64,000 bases of DNA from Eledone cirrhosa (taxonomy: Eukaryota). This document shows, in pieces, positions 15,278 through 30,569 of the stretch. Location of the stretch: positions 146,630,001 to 146,694,000 of the forward strand of contig OZ024740.1 of assembly GCA_964016885.1 (NCBI GenBank), written 5' to 3'. Made by a program: the position numbers and the translations under genes. Below the pieces are notes generated by a model that was given only the letters and a program-made list of their open reading frames with translations, ran no database searches and was not told the origin of the DNA. Within the stretch, counting starts at the first letter, position 1, and every line of letters begins with the position of its first letter.

Positions 15278-15396
15278 TGCTACTGTACGTCTGTATACAT
15301 ATATGTATGTACGTATACATACATACTTACATTTAAGTAAGTGCCATACTAAGAGTGAGAAATGAAATTTCGTTTTCATTTTTTTTAAACTTAAAT

Positions 15397-15477
<81 letters not shown>

Positions 15478-15478
15478 A

Positions 15479-15529
<51 letters not shown>

Positions 15530-15584
15530 TATATATAAATATAAATATATATATATAAATATATATATAAATATATATATATAA

Positions 15585-15636
<52 letters not shown>

Positions 15637-15641
<5 letters not shown>

Positions 15642-15753
15642 AAAAAGTATGACCCCGACGGCAGAGCTCAAGCCGTTTCGACGGCTATTTCTGGACCAGA
15701 AATAGCCGTCGAAACGGCTTGAGCTCTGCCGTCGGGGTCATACTTTTTCCTAT
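15637..15753. repeat. Perfect palindrome (58-bp arms, 1-nt spacer) built from the 3' half of a hammerhead element
   Basis: The arms are exact reverse complements about position 15695. The right arm has GAAA-cggc...gccg-TC (stem III plus GUC), but the CUGAnGA half is missing. Confidence 0.9.
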
Positions 15754-15909
15754 TTCACACTCTACTACCCTAAGTATTGAGTACTCTGGTGTGGTTTCTT
15801 ACCACAATTCCTTTGTTATATATAATATATATATATATAATATATATATATAATATATAATATATAATATATATATATAGTATATATATACTATATATAT
15901 ATATAATAT

Positions 15910-16047
<138 letters not shown>

Positions 16048-16052
16048 ATATA

Positions 16053-16161
<109 letters not shown>

Positions 16162-16650
16162 AATATAATTATATAATATATATATATATATAATATATAT
16201 ATATATATAATATATATATAATATATATATATATATAATATATATATATAGAATATAATATAATATAATATATATATATATATATACTATACATATATAT
16301 ATTTTTATAATATATATATATATAAAATATATATATATAAAAAAAAATATATATATAATATATATATGGAAAGTTATATTTAAATTGTTGTGTTACAACT
16401 AGTAAATATTTATAACTATATTGTATTTTGTCTGAGGAAGGCATAGCATATTGTTAATATGTTATCCCTGAAATATATATAATGAAATAAATATGGTTTT
16501 ATAAATATAGTTTCCATTTATTTAATATTGTATAATATATATATATATATAATATATATATATATATATAATATATATATATATTATATATATATAAATA
16601 TATAATAAATATATAACAGTTAGTTCACCGTACCGAATTAATTTACGGAC

Positions 16651-16692
16651 ACCGAGCTGAAGATCCGCTAAGGTGAAACAATTTTTCTCGGT
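16651..16692 (+). ncRNA. Minimal hammerhead, slightly degenerate stem III, in a ~180-bp TA-flanked element (16612-16790)
   Basis: accgag-CTGAAGA-t cc gctaa gg t-GAAA-caattt-TT-ctcggt. A 22-bp inverted duplication (16615-16636 / 16688-16709) encloses it. Confidence 0.65.
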
Positions 16693-16785
16693 ATGGTGAA
16701 CTAACTGTTGTATTACTACTTCTACCAAACTCGTCCCATGGACTGAGTGCTCTACCGCTACGGATATTACCTTCCAGTGTTCTAC

Positions 16786-16867
<82 letters not shown>

Positions 16868-16870
<3 letters not shown>

Positions 16871-17548
16871 GAAAAGGATGAAATCGAAAATGCAACTTGA
16901 GTCTTTTTAAGAATACTTAATTGTTTCCTTTACCGGTTTCACATTTTTTATGCTTTTCAAAAGTAGAAATGAGATGGAGGGTTTGTGGTTTTTCTCGCAT
17001 CTGGTTGGTGTTCGAATGTTACTTCTGTTTTATGTGGAAAAAAGTGTCTCGAAATGCTAGGTTATTTAGAAAAGTAATTTGGCTGGTTGTTGACTGTCAC
17101 GTGAATAAGTATAATAAATTTCGCACCAGCTCGCGTTACAAAGTTCTTATTATATTTCCTTTAAAAAAAAAGTGTGTGTGGGGGGATAGGGGGTGGGGGG
17201 GGTGGGCTCAGATTGTTTATTCATATATAAGTCAATTTGGTTGGTTGATGCAGTCACGTGAATAAGGACATCAACTTTCGAGCAAGTTCGTGTTTGTGGG
17301 TTCTTTTCACTTAAAAATGTAGCTCAAAAAGTTTTTTTTTTAATAAATGTAATTTAATTGGTTATAACTGTCACGTGAATAAGTACATTAAATTTTGCGC
17401 CAGTTCGTATTTGGGAGTTCTTTGTAGCCATTTAGAGAATTTTGTGCCAAACCAAAGATAATGGTCAAAATCTCCCCATCCTCTTTTTTCTTGACCATTA
17501 TCTTTTGTTTGGCACAAAATTCTCTAAATGGCTATAAAGAACTCCTAA
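16868..17548 (-). mobile_element. Diverged inverted copy of the 11361-12205 repeat with terminal fold-back (17414-17545)
   Basis: The spurious ORFs 11919-12164(-) and 16921-17265(+) share FSKVE.RWRVCGFS, and the same motif modules are present. Confidence 0.7.
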
Positions 17549-17569
17549 TATATATATTATATATATATA

Positions 17570-20340
17570 TATTGTTATACTTGGGGAGGGTAATATTTGT
17601 GTAATAATATTGCCAGAATTAATAACAGAACACACTCACTGTTTGGTTGGTTTTCGCTTCTGTGTCTTTTATATCGGTTAATTTAATTTATTCGGTCCTC
17701 AATGTTACCATTGATTGACCAACGGTCAAAAATAGAGATATAATATAGACACAAACACATATATATAGTCTAACAAAGTTCTTTCGTTGCACATCTGCAA
17801 CATCGTCAGTGGTGCTATTATGTTTCCTCCTGTTGTATTGTATGCCTACGCCATCTTTATTTAGTCTGTTTATTTATTTATTTATTTTTTTGTCTTCTCT
17901 GCGCATGCGTTTGCGTGTGTGTATAGTGTTTGATGTGACTTCGTGTTTGGGTGACTGTGTATTGGTTATTGTATTCTATCTTAGTTTACTAATGAGTGTT
18001 TATATGTGTTTGTTGTTATTGTGCTTGTGTATGTATTTATTTATTTATTTATACTTTTCTTAGGTCAGTATTGTTTGTTTGGGTGTTGTTGTTATTCCAT
18101 TCATTTTTTCTGTTTAGCCTTGGCCTTCTAAGTTCTATTTCGCTGGCCTCTCTGATTTGCCTATCTGCTGGGTCATTTCTATGTTTAGATATTATTCTAA
18201 TTTCTATGTTGTCTATGTTACCGTCGTGTTGTTGTCTGGCATGTTCGTATAGTACTGAACCGTTTTTTCGTCCTTTTAGTTCCCCCAGTGTTGGTCTATC
18301 CTTTCACCTATGCTACGAGCTGTCTCGCCTATGTATGTTGTTGTCATGTTTCTGCAAGTTCCCTCTGTACATCTTATGCTATAGACTACGTTTCTAGTTT
18401 TACAGGTTATCCAGGGATTTACTTTACATATAATACATTTTCTATTAGTACAGTGGGTTTTCTTAAAAGGGTAGGTTTTGCTGATCAGAGATTTTATGGT
18501 GGTTCCTGGCTTTTCTACCACCTTAATCTTTAAGTGGGTCTTTCTCAGGGCCTTTCTACACTGGTTAGCTAATTTCTCTCCAGGGGTAGCGTCCACACAC
18601 GACACTCTGGTATCTCTGGTTGTCGTACCTTGAGGTGGCTTTCCCTATCTTATGTCTAGCCCTATCTAAGCTATTCCATGATTTGCTCCTGTATAATGGG
18701 CAAATTCCTTTCATGTCCAGTTCTATGAGGGTCTTATAATTCTCCGTGGCTTCTTCGTATACTCTGATTCTGTCTCTTTGGTTGTAGCCAGAGAAGTGCA
18801 TGCGGTTGATGAAGTGTTGGATGTGTATTTCCATTTCTGTTGGGTCGCACATGCGGGACACGTTCTTCATCACTCGTACCAAGTCTGCGATCAGAATATT
18901 AAACTTAGCACTACTGGACATTGCTGTGTTTTTGAGTATCAGGTATTTGGAGGTCATGGGTTTAGCGTAGTGTGAGTGGAGAATTTGGGCTCTCTCGTCT
19001 ATAGTGTTAATCCAGAGTTCCGTGTCTAATACAGGTAGTCTATTGTTAGGGTGTTTGGAAGGGTAGTCGATAGTTACAGTTATACTCTGGTGTATGGAAT
19101 TAGCTATCTGCTGGAAGCTTTCCATTTTGCTACGTTCTAAATCAAACTTGTTAGTACTCTCTTGTGGGGATGTCCTTATTACTATATTAATGTCGTCTAC
19201 GTAACGAGAGTACATGATGAGGTCTATAGAGCTCTCATCAAGGAGATCTTTGAGTCTCCTTTCCCACAATACCATAAAAAGACTGGCAACGTCACCAGCT
19301 ATGCTGACGCCAATGGCTGCTCCCTCATTTTGGGTGTAGATCTTCTCGTTGAATTTGAATATGTGGCCCTTTAGGGTAGTTTTGATACTAGCCCCTATTG
19401 CATGTGCGACCATTTTTATTACCTGATCTTTGCTTTGGGGGTCCGTATAACTTTGGTCCACCCAATCCACTTTCCCATGGGAGTCTTTTTTGCCATTGAG
19501 GTTATGGTGGGGGGGGGGGGGGTCTACCTCTTATGGGTCTACTGGGGCAGAAACGTCTAAGGTCATGGCTGTCTAGGTAGTCAGCGTCATAGGTAAGTCT
19601 AAGTAGGAGGCCCAGTTCGTCTGTGTCGACGTCGCAGAACTCCACCTCACTCTCAATGATCATCTCCACACATTTTCCACAGCAAAATCAATGTTAATGG
19701 ATGGGTACAGTGATACCACATCCATACTGCCTATTATTCAGTTGGATAGGTTTTTGTTTTTGTTGCACTCACTGATTCTGCTGAGGAGGTCCTCTGTACT
19801 GTCACATACATCTGGGGACATCTTGATTATGGGGCGTATAACCATTGAGAGGAAGTAGGAGATCCTGTAGTTGCTAGCTATATTTGCTCCGCATACAGGT
19901 CTTGTTGGTGGTCCTGTTGTCGGGTCGTCGACTGTCTTATGGTCTTTGCGGAGCCTATACAAGGGTGGTATGCCATTGTTAGACGCCTGGAAGTTGTTAG
20001 CAGTGCGTCTGCTTGGCTTTAGGATGTCGGTCCACATCATCATGTGAGCGTTGAGGATTTTCTCTCTCCCATCATGTATTTGCTGTGCAATTTCGCTCGT
20101 GTTGGTGATGTGGGGTTGCATAGCCTTGATGTAGTTCGGCATGCTGTCTATTGACATCCTACCAGACTTACCGTGGGTAGACATACTACCTCACCATCTC
20201 TTGTGCGCTGCTTGAGGCTAACCAAGCCTTCTAAAGGTTTCCTCCCAAGTTGTTGGACCTCTGGTCTGCTTTGTCCCTTAGTATACCGGTCTACTATTTG
20301 TCTAATCTTATTTCTAGCTATGGTGAACTGTGCCTCTGTC
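17570..20340 (-). mobile_element. Penelope-like retroelement (RT + GIY-YIG), 5'-truncated, frameshifted
   Basis: ORF pieces show RKDHK..PTRPV, YTQNEGAAIG, YSRYVDD, and NVVYSIRC...YIGETARS (GIY-YIG). Its 3' tail (tattgttatact.gggaggg) matches the element at 39934-42810. Confidence 0.92.
17772..17816 (-). ncRNA. Hammerhead motif in PLE pseudo-LTR
   Basis: Minus strand reads CTGACGA-t gttgca gatg tgcaac-GAAA-gaac-TT. Stem I is weak. Confidence 0.65.
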
Positions 20341-20346
20341 ACGTCA

Positions 20347-21134
20347 TCTATTAAGTATGTGTGTGTCTGTGTATTACCTATAGAGGCCTACATCTTAAGA
20401 CCGATTTTCATGAAACTTTACAGGCTCATAGATTAGTCATCGAGGAGTGTTTTCTATACATCAGCGTACGTTTCTTTTTTATTCCGGGGTCATTCTGCAG
20501 ATAAAAATCGATAGGGGGGTGTCACCTTTTTTTAGGTATCGAAAAATAAGATTTTTGGCTCTAGCGCCCACATTTTGCCACCGATTTCGTTCAAATTTTA
20601 AAGCAAAATAGAATTCATCATTATACATCCTGTACTGGTTTATATTTTGCATTTGTTGTTCAGGGACGGCGTGGCAGTCGCTTAAATATTAAAAAATACC
20701 ACTTTTAGACTCAAATTTTCACTTTTCCGGCTCTAGCTCCCACATTAATCAACCTACTTTGTTCAAATTTTATACTACGCTAGATCTGATTATTTCACGT
20801 CTTAAAGTAGCTTTACACTTTGGATTTTTTGTTCAGGAACGGTGTGGCCGCCGCTTAAATATTCGAAAATACCATCTTTTCGCTAAAATTTCCGCCTTTT
20901 CGGTTCTAGCTCCCACATTTTTCAACCGATTTCGTTCAAATTCGAACCCCCTCTCAGCATGCCTTTTCGTCAGCCACCCGCGTTTCTCAGCGATAGAGGT
21001 CATCACCACCGTACCCCGCATGGCCTGTGTGTGGCCATAGATGAGTCATCGAGAAGCAGTCGCTAAGATCAACACCTTTTCCTCAAAGCAGATATTATTT
21101 TACCTACCCAGGCAACGCTGTGTACTGCTGCTAG
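20347..21134 (+). mobile_element. Non-autonomous Helitron
   Basis: 5' A|TC start. 3' end has an imperfect hairpin (acccaggcaacgctgtgt) followed by CTAG|T. Internal diverged repeats (ctctagctcccacatt...ccgatttcgttcaaatt). Confidence 0.75.
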
Positions 21135-21149
21135 TATAATATATATAAT

Positions 21150-21590
21150 ATATCTATCTATCTATCTAATGCGGGTAAAATTCCCGAGATCCATGGACGT
21201 GTTCACTCCAGCGGTCTCTGTCCCTCATTATCGCTGCCATGTCCTGCATCTCCAACCGACCAGTGTCTGTCCTTAAGGCATCAACATACGTTAACCTTGG
21301 TCTTCCTCTTCTAGTGTGTCCATGTAGGGGCTCCCACAGGAGCACTGAGTGCAATGTCAACTCTGGATGTCGGTGAGCATGTCCAGCTAACCTCAGTCTC
21401 CTCTCTGTTACTTTTGAGTTGACTTTTGGGAGGCTCCCATAGAGCTCTGAGTTTTTCATCCTCAGTGTATACTGATTAATGTTCAGAGCCATCCTCAGCA
21501 TTCTCATGTAGCACCCATCCACCATCTGAGTGAGTTTCTTGGTCAGTGTCCAAGTCTCAGACCCGTACAGCAGCACATACTCCACTACTG
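21150..21590 (-). mobile_element. RTE-clade LINE 3' fragment
   Basis: VLLYGSETWTLTKK...RRLRLAGH...RRGRPRLTY...DRDRW, followed by a (TAGA)n tail. 5'-truncated into (TA)n. Confidence 0.88.
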
Positions 21591-22106
21591 TATATATATA
21601 ATATATAATATATATACTATATAATATATATATATATAATATAATATATATATATATAATATAATATATATATATATATATGTTATATATATATAATATA
21701 TATATATATATATAATATATATATATATATATGTTATATATATATATATATATGTTATATATATATAATATATATATATATATATAATATATATATAATA
21801 TAATATATATATGTTATATATATATAATATATATATATATAATATAATATATATATGTTATATATATATAATATATATATATATATAATATATATATATA
21901 TAATATATATATAATGTATATATAATATATATATAATATATATATATAATATATATATATATATAATATACAGTATATATAATATATAATTATATATAAT
22001 ATATATATATAATATATATATAATATATATATAATATATAATATATATATAATATACATATAATATATATATAATATACATATAATATATATATAATATA
22101 CATATA

Positions 22107-22137
<31 letters not shown>

Positions 22138-22394
22138 ATATAATATATATATATATAATATATATATATATATATGTATAAATATTATATAATATATAAT
22201 ATATATATAATTTATAACATATATATAAATTATATCATATATAATATATATATAATTTATAATATATATATATAATATATATTATATATATAATATATAT
22301 AAATTTAATATATATATATAATATATATATAAATATAATATATATATATATATGATATATATATATATAATATATATATATATGTATATATATT

Positions 22395-22730
22395 AGGTTT
22401 GGTGCATAGCGATGTATACATGAATGTATGCATAGTATATTTGGTGATATACTGTATGTTTAATTTAAAACATTTTGAAGACCTTGCGCTATTATTTTAA
22501 AGTAGTGACTATGTCACTTACTTCTTTTTTCAGCAAAGGAAGGGAGATAAGCTGACAGATCTGTTTCACACTGTTGGTGTTCATCAGAGCCTAGGACTCG
22601 TCGACCTCTGCCGAAAATTACAGAGGCTGGATTCTTATAGAATTCCAGTAATAATCAGGAACTGATTATACAGAGCGATTGCCGGTCCAGCAAAAATTAA
22701 AAATTAGGATTGGTGCTGTGAAATAGCTAT
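22395..22730 (-). mobile_element. Family A hammerhead element, diverged copy (HHR at 22550-22591)
   Basis: Reverse-complement homolog of 10940-11250. HHR reads ggct-CTGATGA-acac caaca gtgt-GAAA-cagatctg-TC-agct. Confidence 0.85.
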
Positions 22731-22864
22731 AATATATATATACTATAGATATATATATATGATATATATATATAATATATATGTATATATAATATACGTA
22801 TATATATAATATATGTATATTACTTCAAAATATTAATAAATATAGACATTCATGTGATCAAATA

Positions 22865-22928
22865 TATTTTATTATACATATTTCAGAGATACTGAGCTCA
22901 CTGAGGTACGTCCTCATCAGATAAAATA
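22865..22928 (-). ncRNA. Type I hammerhead (PLE pLTR-type) overlapping an 80-bp inverted repeat (22818-22898 / 22980-23060)
   Basis: Minus strand reads tattttat-CTGATGA-ggacgtac...gtatctct-GAAA-tatgta-TA-ataaaata. Confidence 0.7.
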
Positions 22929-23317
22929 AGTTGATGCTTGACATACCTTGACTATGTTGATGGTTATAATTTAGTCAATAGCTCAGTATCTCTGAAATAT
23001 GTATAATAAAATATATTTGATCATATGAATGTCTATATTTATTAATATTTTGAAGTAATATTAATAACTCCAGAAAACCTGTTTATAATCTATTATGAAA
23101 CTTTATTCATTGATGAATTCATTGAACCTTGTTAAACTTTTAATAATATATGTATATATATATATAATATATAATATATGTATATATATGATATATATAT
23201 ATGATATATGTATCTGTAATATATGTATATATATATATATATGATATATATATAATATATATATATATGTATATATAATATATATATATGTATATATGTA
23301 TATATATGTATATATAG

Positions 23318-24390
23318 CATGGCACTACATAGGTTCTACGGCTGGTGAGTTAAAAAAAAGATGGTACGTTCACAGACATTCTATAAAGAACCGTAGACTA
23401 GTGACCACAACAACGTTGGCCAATAAGATCTGGCAGCTTAAAGATATAAACCAAGAATACAGGATTAGCTGGTCGAAATTATCGGGAGCAAAAGCCTACA
23501 ATAATGGAATGTCCCACTGCGGTCTTTGCAATATGGAGTTGTTCCATATTTTAAAGTATGACAAAATGCTGCTTAACAGCAAAATAGAACTATCAATTTT
23601 CTGTAGGCATAAAGCAGCTACTAACTTCGCAAATCTCAAACCAACATGATTCGATCCAACAATCCCATAATTCAAGCTGAACCACTTAGAGTCTATTATA
23701 AAAACCCACTATTATTAACTGTCAATAGACCAACTAATCACTAAATCAACATCATAATCTCCTAACCTCTATTTCTTTCACTCTCTTTCCCTAAAACTAT
23801 TTCACCTCTTCCATTATATACTCTCATGTTCTCTTCACCTCTCACATAACTTCCAATTTATTAATTTTTCCTTTATTTATCATTGTATTATTTTTTCCTA
23901 ATATAACCCTCTGTAATTTAACCAATACATATGTATATATTTAATATTTTCATATTTATACCATCACATCTTTATGCTTACACACCACTATAACTTTAGC
24001 CACCATCACCACAACTATTTTCAACAATCATATTATGTTCATTTTTTTCCCATATATATTTTTTAATTTATTTTTTACCATCTTCATTCTCACTTATTTA
24101 TTATTATTTATTATTTTTTATTTTTCTCTCTCATTTTTCTTTTCTCTTTTTTCTTTTTCTTTCTTTCTTACTGATGTTGTTATTTGAATTCTCCTAGTAT
24201 ATTACAAACGCCGTGTATAATTTTTATCAGTTATTCCATTGATTTGATTAGGCATGCATGTATTTAAAATTGAGTGACACAACTTCAAGTGATTAGCAAT
24301 TTTTAGACACCCTAATTAATGAAACAGTTGTTAATACTGTAAATAAAACACTTTTTGTACTGTTGACCATGTTATTCTTCACTCTTTCAC
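23318..24390 (+). mobile_element. PLE 3' fragment (GIY-YIG C-terminus plus 3' UTR)
   Basis: YIGSTAGELKKRWYVH...TTLANKIWQLK...CGLCNME...NSKIELSIFCRH. Confidence 0.85.
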
Positions 24391-24677
24391 TATATATATA
24401 ATATATATATATATATACAAAATAATATATATATAAATATATAATATATATATATATGTAATATAATATATATATATAGATATACATATATATAGATATA
24501 CATATATATATAGATATACATATATATATATATATAGATATACATATATATAGATATACATATATATAGATATACATATATATATATACACATATATATA
24601 TATACACATATATATATATACATATATATAGTTAAAAGAATAGAGGTGTAACACACAAGTTATTATATATTGGTAAA

Positions 24678-25053
24678 CGGAATAGAAAATGCTGACAAAT
24701 TGTTCACAGTTGAAAAATGGTTTAATTAGGAATAAAAGAGTATTAGAGATTGTATGGGTTAGTATTCAGTTGTGGTTTTAAGTTTTTAAGTTTTTACCGG
24801 TTGCGCATTTCTAAATGCTTTTCAAAAATAATTTTGAGATAGAGTGTCCGTGCTGTTTGCTCTGATCAGAGCAAACAGCACGGACACTCTATCTCAAAAT
24901 TATTTTTGAAAAGCATTTAGAAATGCGCAACCGGTAAAAACTTAAAAACTTAAAACCACAACTGAATACTAACCCATACAATCTCTAATACTCTTTTATT
25001 CCTAATTAAACCATTTTTCAACTGTGAACAATTTGTCAGCATTTTCTATTCCG
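24678..25053. repeat. Perfect spacer-less palindrome, 188-bp arms
   Basis: Centre ...gtttgctctga|tcagagcaaac... at 24865/24866. Flanked by TA-rich microsatellite on both sides. Confidence 0.95.
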
Positions 25054-25198
25054 CTAACCAATACATATATATATACATATATATAGATATACATATATAT
25101 ATATACACATATATATATATACATATATATAGATATACATATATATAGATATACATATATATAGATATACATATATATAGATATACATATATATATAG

Positions 25199-25240
<42 letters not shown>

Positions 25241-25330
25241 CTATATATATATATACACATATATATGGATATACATATATATAGAAATACATATATACAT
25301 ATATATACATATATATATATATACACACAT

Positions 25331-25433
<103 letters not shown>

Positions 25434-25459
25434 CACATATATATATATATACACATACA

Positions 25460-25571
<112 letters not shown>

Positions 25572-25581
25572 CACATACATA

Positions 25582-27140
<1,559 letters not shown>

Positions 27141-27754
27141 AACAAATATCTCTGTAGCAGTATCGTCAGTGATATCTACTCAACCAATACTGAGATGAAA
27201 ATAGACTAGGGACTATATAGATTTTTCAAAGTGAATATTTGTTGGGGATGCTCATTTGTATATAACAAATAGAAAACATCGGCTGGAAATACTCATTTGC
27301 ATATCGCGCAAAGTTGGCTGGTTATAATTAATTGGCAGTAGCACCAAGACAGCATTAAGCGAAGCTGCCATATATTTATTGTATATAAACAGATAGTATA
27401 TGCTTTCATATACGCCCCTACTATGCTTAGTAGACATGACACTAGAAACGTCAGGCACTCCCATTTTACAATGAATTGCACTCCAACATTGTCCAGTCCG
27501 CGATAACTAAGCAAGTGGCCATTAACAGGCTCTAAGTTAGCTTATTCACGTTCCTCCAATAATTAAAGCCAATAAACATAAATCAAGAAATACACTCGTA
27601 GTAATACAGTTCACAACATTATTCACAAGTAGTTCTTTCTCTAACAAAGACGGCCCGGTAATTAGCATTCGTGTAAATAAAGCTTATATCCCACCAAACT
27701 CATTTATCTCCCTCTCACTCTCTGTCTGCAACAAAACATTTTTTATAGTTTTGT

Positions 27755-27870
27755 GTCGTTAGAGCGTCAGATAGAATGTCATGTGCTTTGAGTTCAAAAC
27801 CAGCCGAGGCCAACCTCTCCTGCCAGGCTCTATAAATAAATACTAGCTAAGTACTGGAATTAAATCTTTT
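27755..27870 (+). mobile_element. Degenerate tRNA-derived SINE fragment
   Basis: B-box-like gagttcaaaacc and similarity to the minus-strand copies at 34480 and 34990. Confidence 0.5.
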
Positions 27871-29389
27871 CTTTCTCCGTCTGTGTTAGAATCGGCTACG
27901 TTGCACTGTGTGAAAGGTCGGAGGGTCAAGGGAGAGGAATCATTCATAGTGTCCCTTTCTTGAAGAATGGAGAAGGTTTGAGCAAGGAGTTGTTAACCTC
28001 ATCTCATAGAAAAAAAGATATGATACTGGAATCGAAAAACAGACGACTCTTTATGCAGTAAGGTACGGAACGAAAATCAAGAAGAAAAATGTAATGTATC
28101 ATAGTATTTTTAATTTTGTTGTTTACACTGTTTCATTTTGTGTGAAGTGTCAGAATTCCTTACATGTATTCAGTGGGAAACTGTGATGATAGCAAGGGAG
28201 ATAATAGTGGTACGCTGTTTTTATGTCGTTGTTTTTTTGAAATGTATTTTGTAGAGTTCTTGCAAATGTTGTTGATAATATTTGTGTCACTATTTTGGAA
28301 AGCGACTTTTTAGAGTTCCAACTAAGATCATGGATGTTATCTAACAATCTTACTCATAGACTGCTTCTGGGACTACTGCAAGTTAGCTTTGCACGTAAAA
28401 TTAGTCCCGCGGTTCTTTTCATAAACATTCTATGGTCCCGCTGGATTAATTCGAGACGGTTGCTTCTGATAGGACCTTCTGGAAGGAGTGTCTCAGGATT
28501 CTTCTCCCATGACCCTCTCAGGAGTAAGTGGGCGAAGTAAAAGAACTTTTTAGAGTTTGTTTCGAGCTGAGGCATCGCTTTTGTCCTTTAGAACCAGTGT
28601 CCATATAGCCCAAGATTGATCTAATATATAGTTTATAGATTAATGTTTTGTTTTTGTTTTAATTAAATGTGGGCTTTTGAGTACACTTTGTTCTTTTTGC
28701 TGTATTTTCTACTTACGTAATGAATATTGTAGGTAATTCAGTCTTTTATCTTCTGTCTATATGGTATTTTTATGATGTCTGAATATAATGATTTGTAGTT
28801 CTTTGATGTTGCAAGTAAGAAGAGAGACGGCTGCCTTGTAGTTGCTAAGTATTGTGTATTTGCTTGCAGCCGAGTCTTTAGGGAGTAGTATGTTAGCAGC
28901 TGTGTCTATGAATAGTGAAATAAAGAATCGTGATGTCATCAGATTATAAGACTGAGTATGTTTTGTGGGGATGTAGATAAGCCATGTAAATATACGTAAA
29001 AAAAAGCAGGCGAGAGAACTATAGCTTTTAAATATATTATTGCAGACAACATAAGCTTAGCAACCTGAGATATAGTTGGTTAGCCAACATTTTGCTGAAT
29101 GTAGTTGGAAAGCAGTTAGAATGATGTGTGTAGTTTCTTTCCTATTTTTTCCAAAAGGTTCAACAACAATAACAACAAAACTACGACTCAAAGAAGGAGC
29201 GTATACGCACTACATTATATTTTCATCTATGATAAAAGGTGTTCCAGCCGTGGCCATCCGGCTATTTAAAGGTTTGTAGGACTACATCATCCACTATGTT
29301 CTTTATTTTGTTAAAGACAGTGTCATAATTTGATGAAAATTTAATTCTATTAGCTATAAGCTCATTAGTCGTAGAAGAAATAGAATGGA

Positions 29390-29692
29390 ATAGACCTCCG
29401 TCGGTTTCGACGTTGAGCGTTCCAGTTGTTCGATCGATAGAACAGTCTACTCATGAAATTACCGCACATTCTACAAATAAATGTACCCCTAACGTAATTC
29501 CCAGCGAGACACAGCGTGACACAGTGTGTGACAAAGCTAGTCCTTTGAATTACAGGCTCAGTCAATACGACGGGCTTCCAAATAATTTCACTCACGAGAC
29601 ATGAGTCGATTCGAGGCTATGGTGAGTGTCACGCAGTAGATTGAACCCGGCACCTAATAATTGCAAAGCGATCTTCTTAACCATTCGGCTAT
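29390..29692 (-). mobile_element. tRNA-derived SINE
   Basis: Minus-strand head tagccgaatggttaag...gggttcaatc (A/B boxes). Its tail resembles 36590-36690. Confidence 0.7.
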
Positions 29693-30056
29693 TCTGCAAC
29701 ATGTGAAATTGAGAAAAGTCTGGGGATTCTACATATTTTCCTCGCAATGTTGTATTCAATTTTTTTAAAAATACTAACATAGCGGTAACTTAAAGAATTC
29801 ACTTTCTATAGTATATGTAAACTATTTTATTTGGATTCCTTTATAAGTAAAATCCGTATAATTTGACAATTGAAATAAATACGTGAATAAATACGCACCA
29901 ATACGTTTCTTCCATCTGGGTAGCAGAATTTCTGAAAAATAATATCAACAGTAAAATATTTATGTTAATATCAGTTATATCAACATATCTCCTAAATTTG
30001 ATGTAGTTTTATACATCTTAATGTTTCTGAGGATCTAGACATATTGAAGATTAATA

Positions 30057-30243
30057 CAGTGAAATTCCATTATAACGAAAGTCACGGGGTTTAAAAAAAA
30101 ATCGTTGTAACGAAAAATTCTTTATAACTAGCTCGACTGAAACAAATCGAGCGTTTGTTTGTTATTACCTCGGGGATTGAAAAGAATTTCGTTATACTGA
30201 AAAAATCGTTATAATGGTATTCGTTATAACGGAATTTTACTTG
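30057..30243. mobile_element. Tc1/mariner (pogo/Tigger-like) MITE
   Basis: TIRs cagtgaaattccattataacga / tcgttataacggaattttacttg, with TA on both sides. Confidence 0.75.
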
Positions 30244-30569
30244 TATATCTAGAGATATTTTCATTTATTTTATTTTTTATTTTTACTTTCGTTTTTCTTT
30301 TAGCATTGTTACTTGTATATGGATTTAACTTCATATACTGTTACCTTACTAAAATGACAAAAAGTTTTTAAATCATCCATATCTATAGATATTTCCTGCG
30401 TTTGGTGAGACGTACGTAAAACTAATAAAGTGGTATAACTTTCCCCTAAGCCCTAGATCATATAATTTATTATGTTAATATCAACATATTTTTTGTAACC
30501 ATTTCTCCCATAAATTTATGAAGCAATGTTGAAAATTTTATATACTCCTAGAATTGAAAAATAATTCTG

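Larger units (their letters stand above)
14010..15390 (+). mobile_element. Tandem array of a ~475-530-bp non-coding HHR repeat (family B, retrozyme-like); 3 HHR-bearing units
   Basis: Units repeat with an internal (TA)n tract. HHRs at 14167-14209, 14511-14555 and 14986-15030. A further copy lies at 26000-26490. Confidence 0.85.

Noticed and set aside
28150-28600. Short minus-strand ORFs that could be an exon or a Gypsy integrase relic
   Set aside because: There are no convincing motifs or splice signals. Probably a very decayed TE that cannot be classified by eye.
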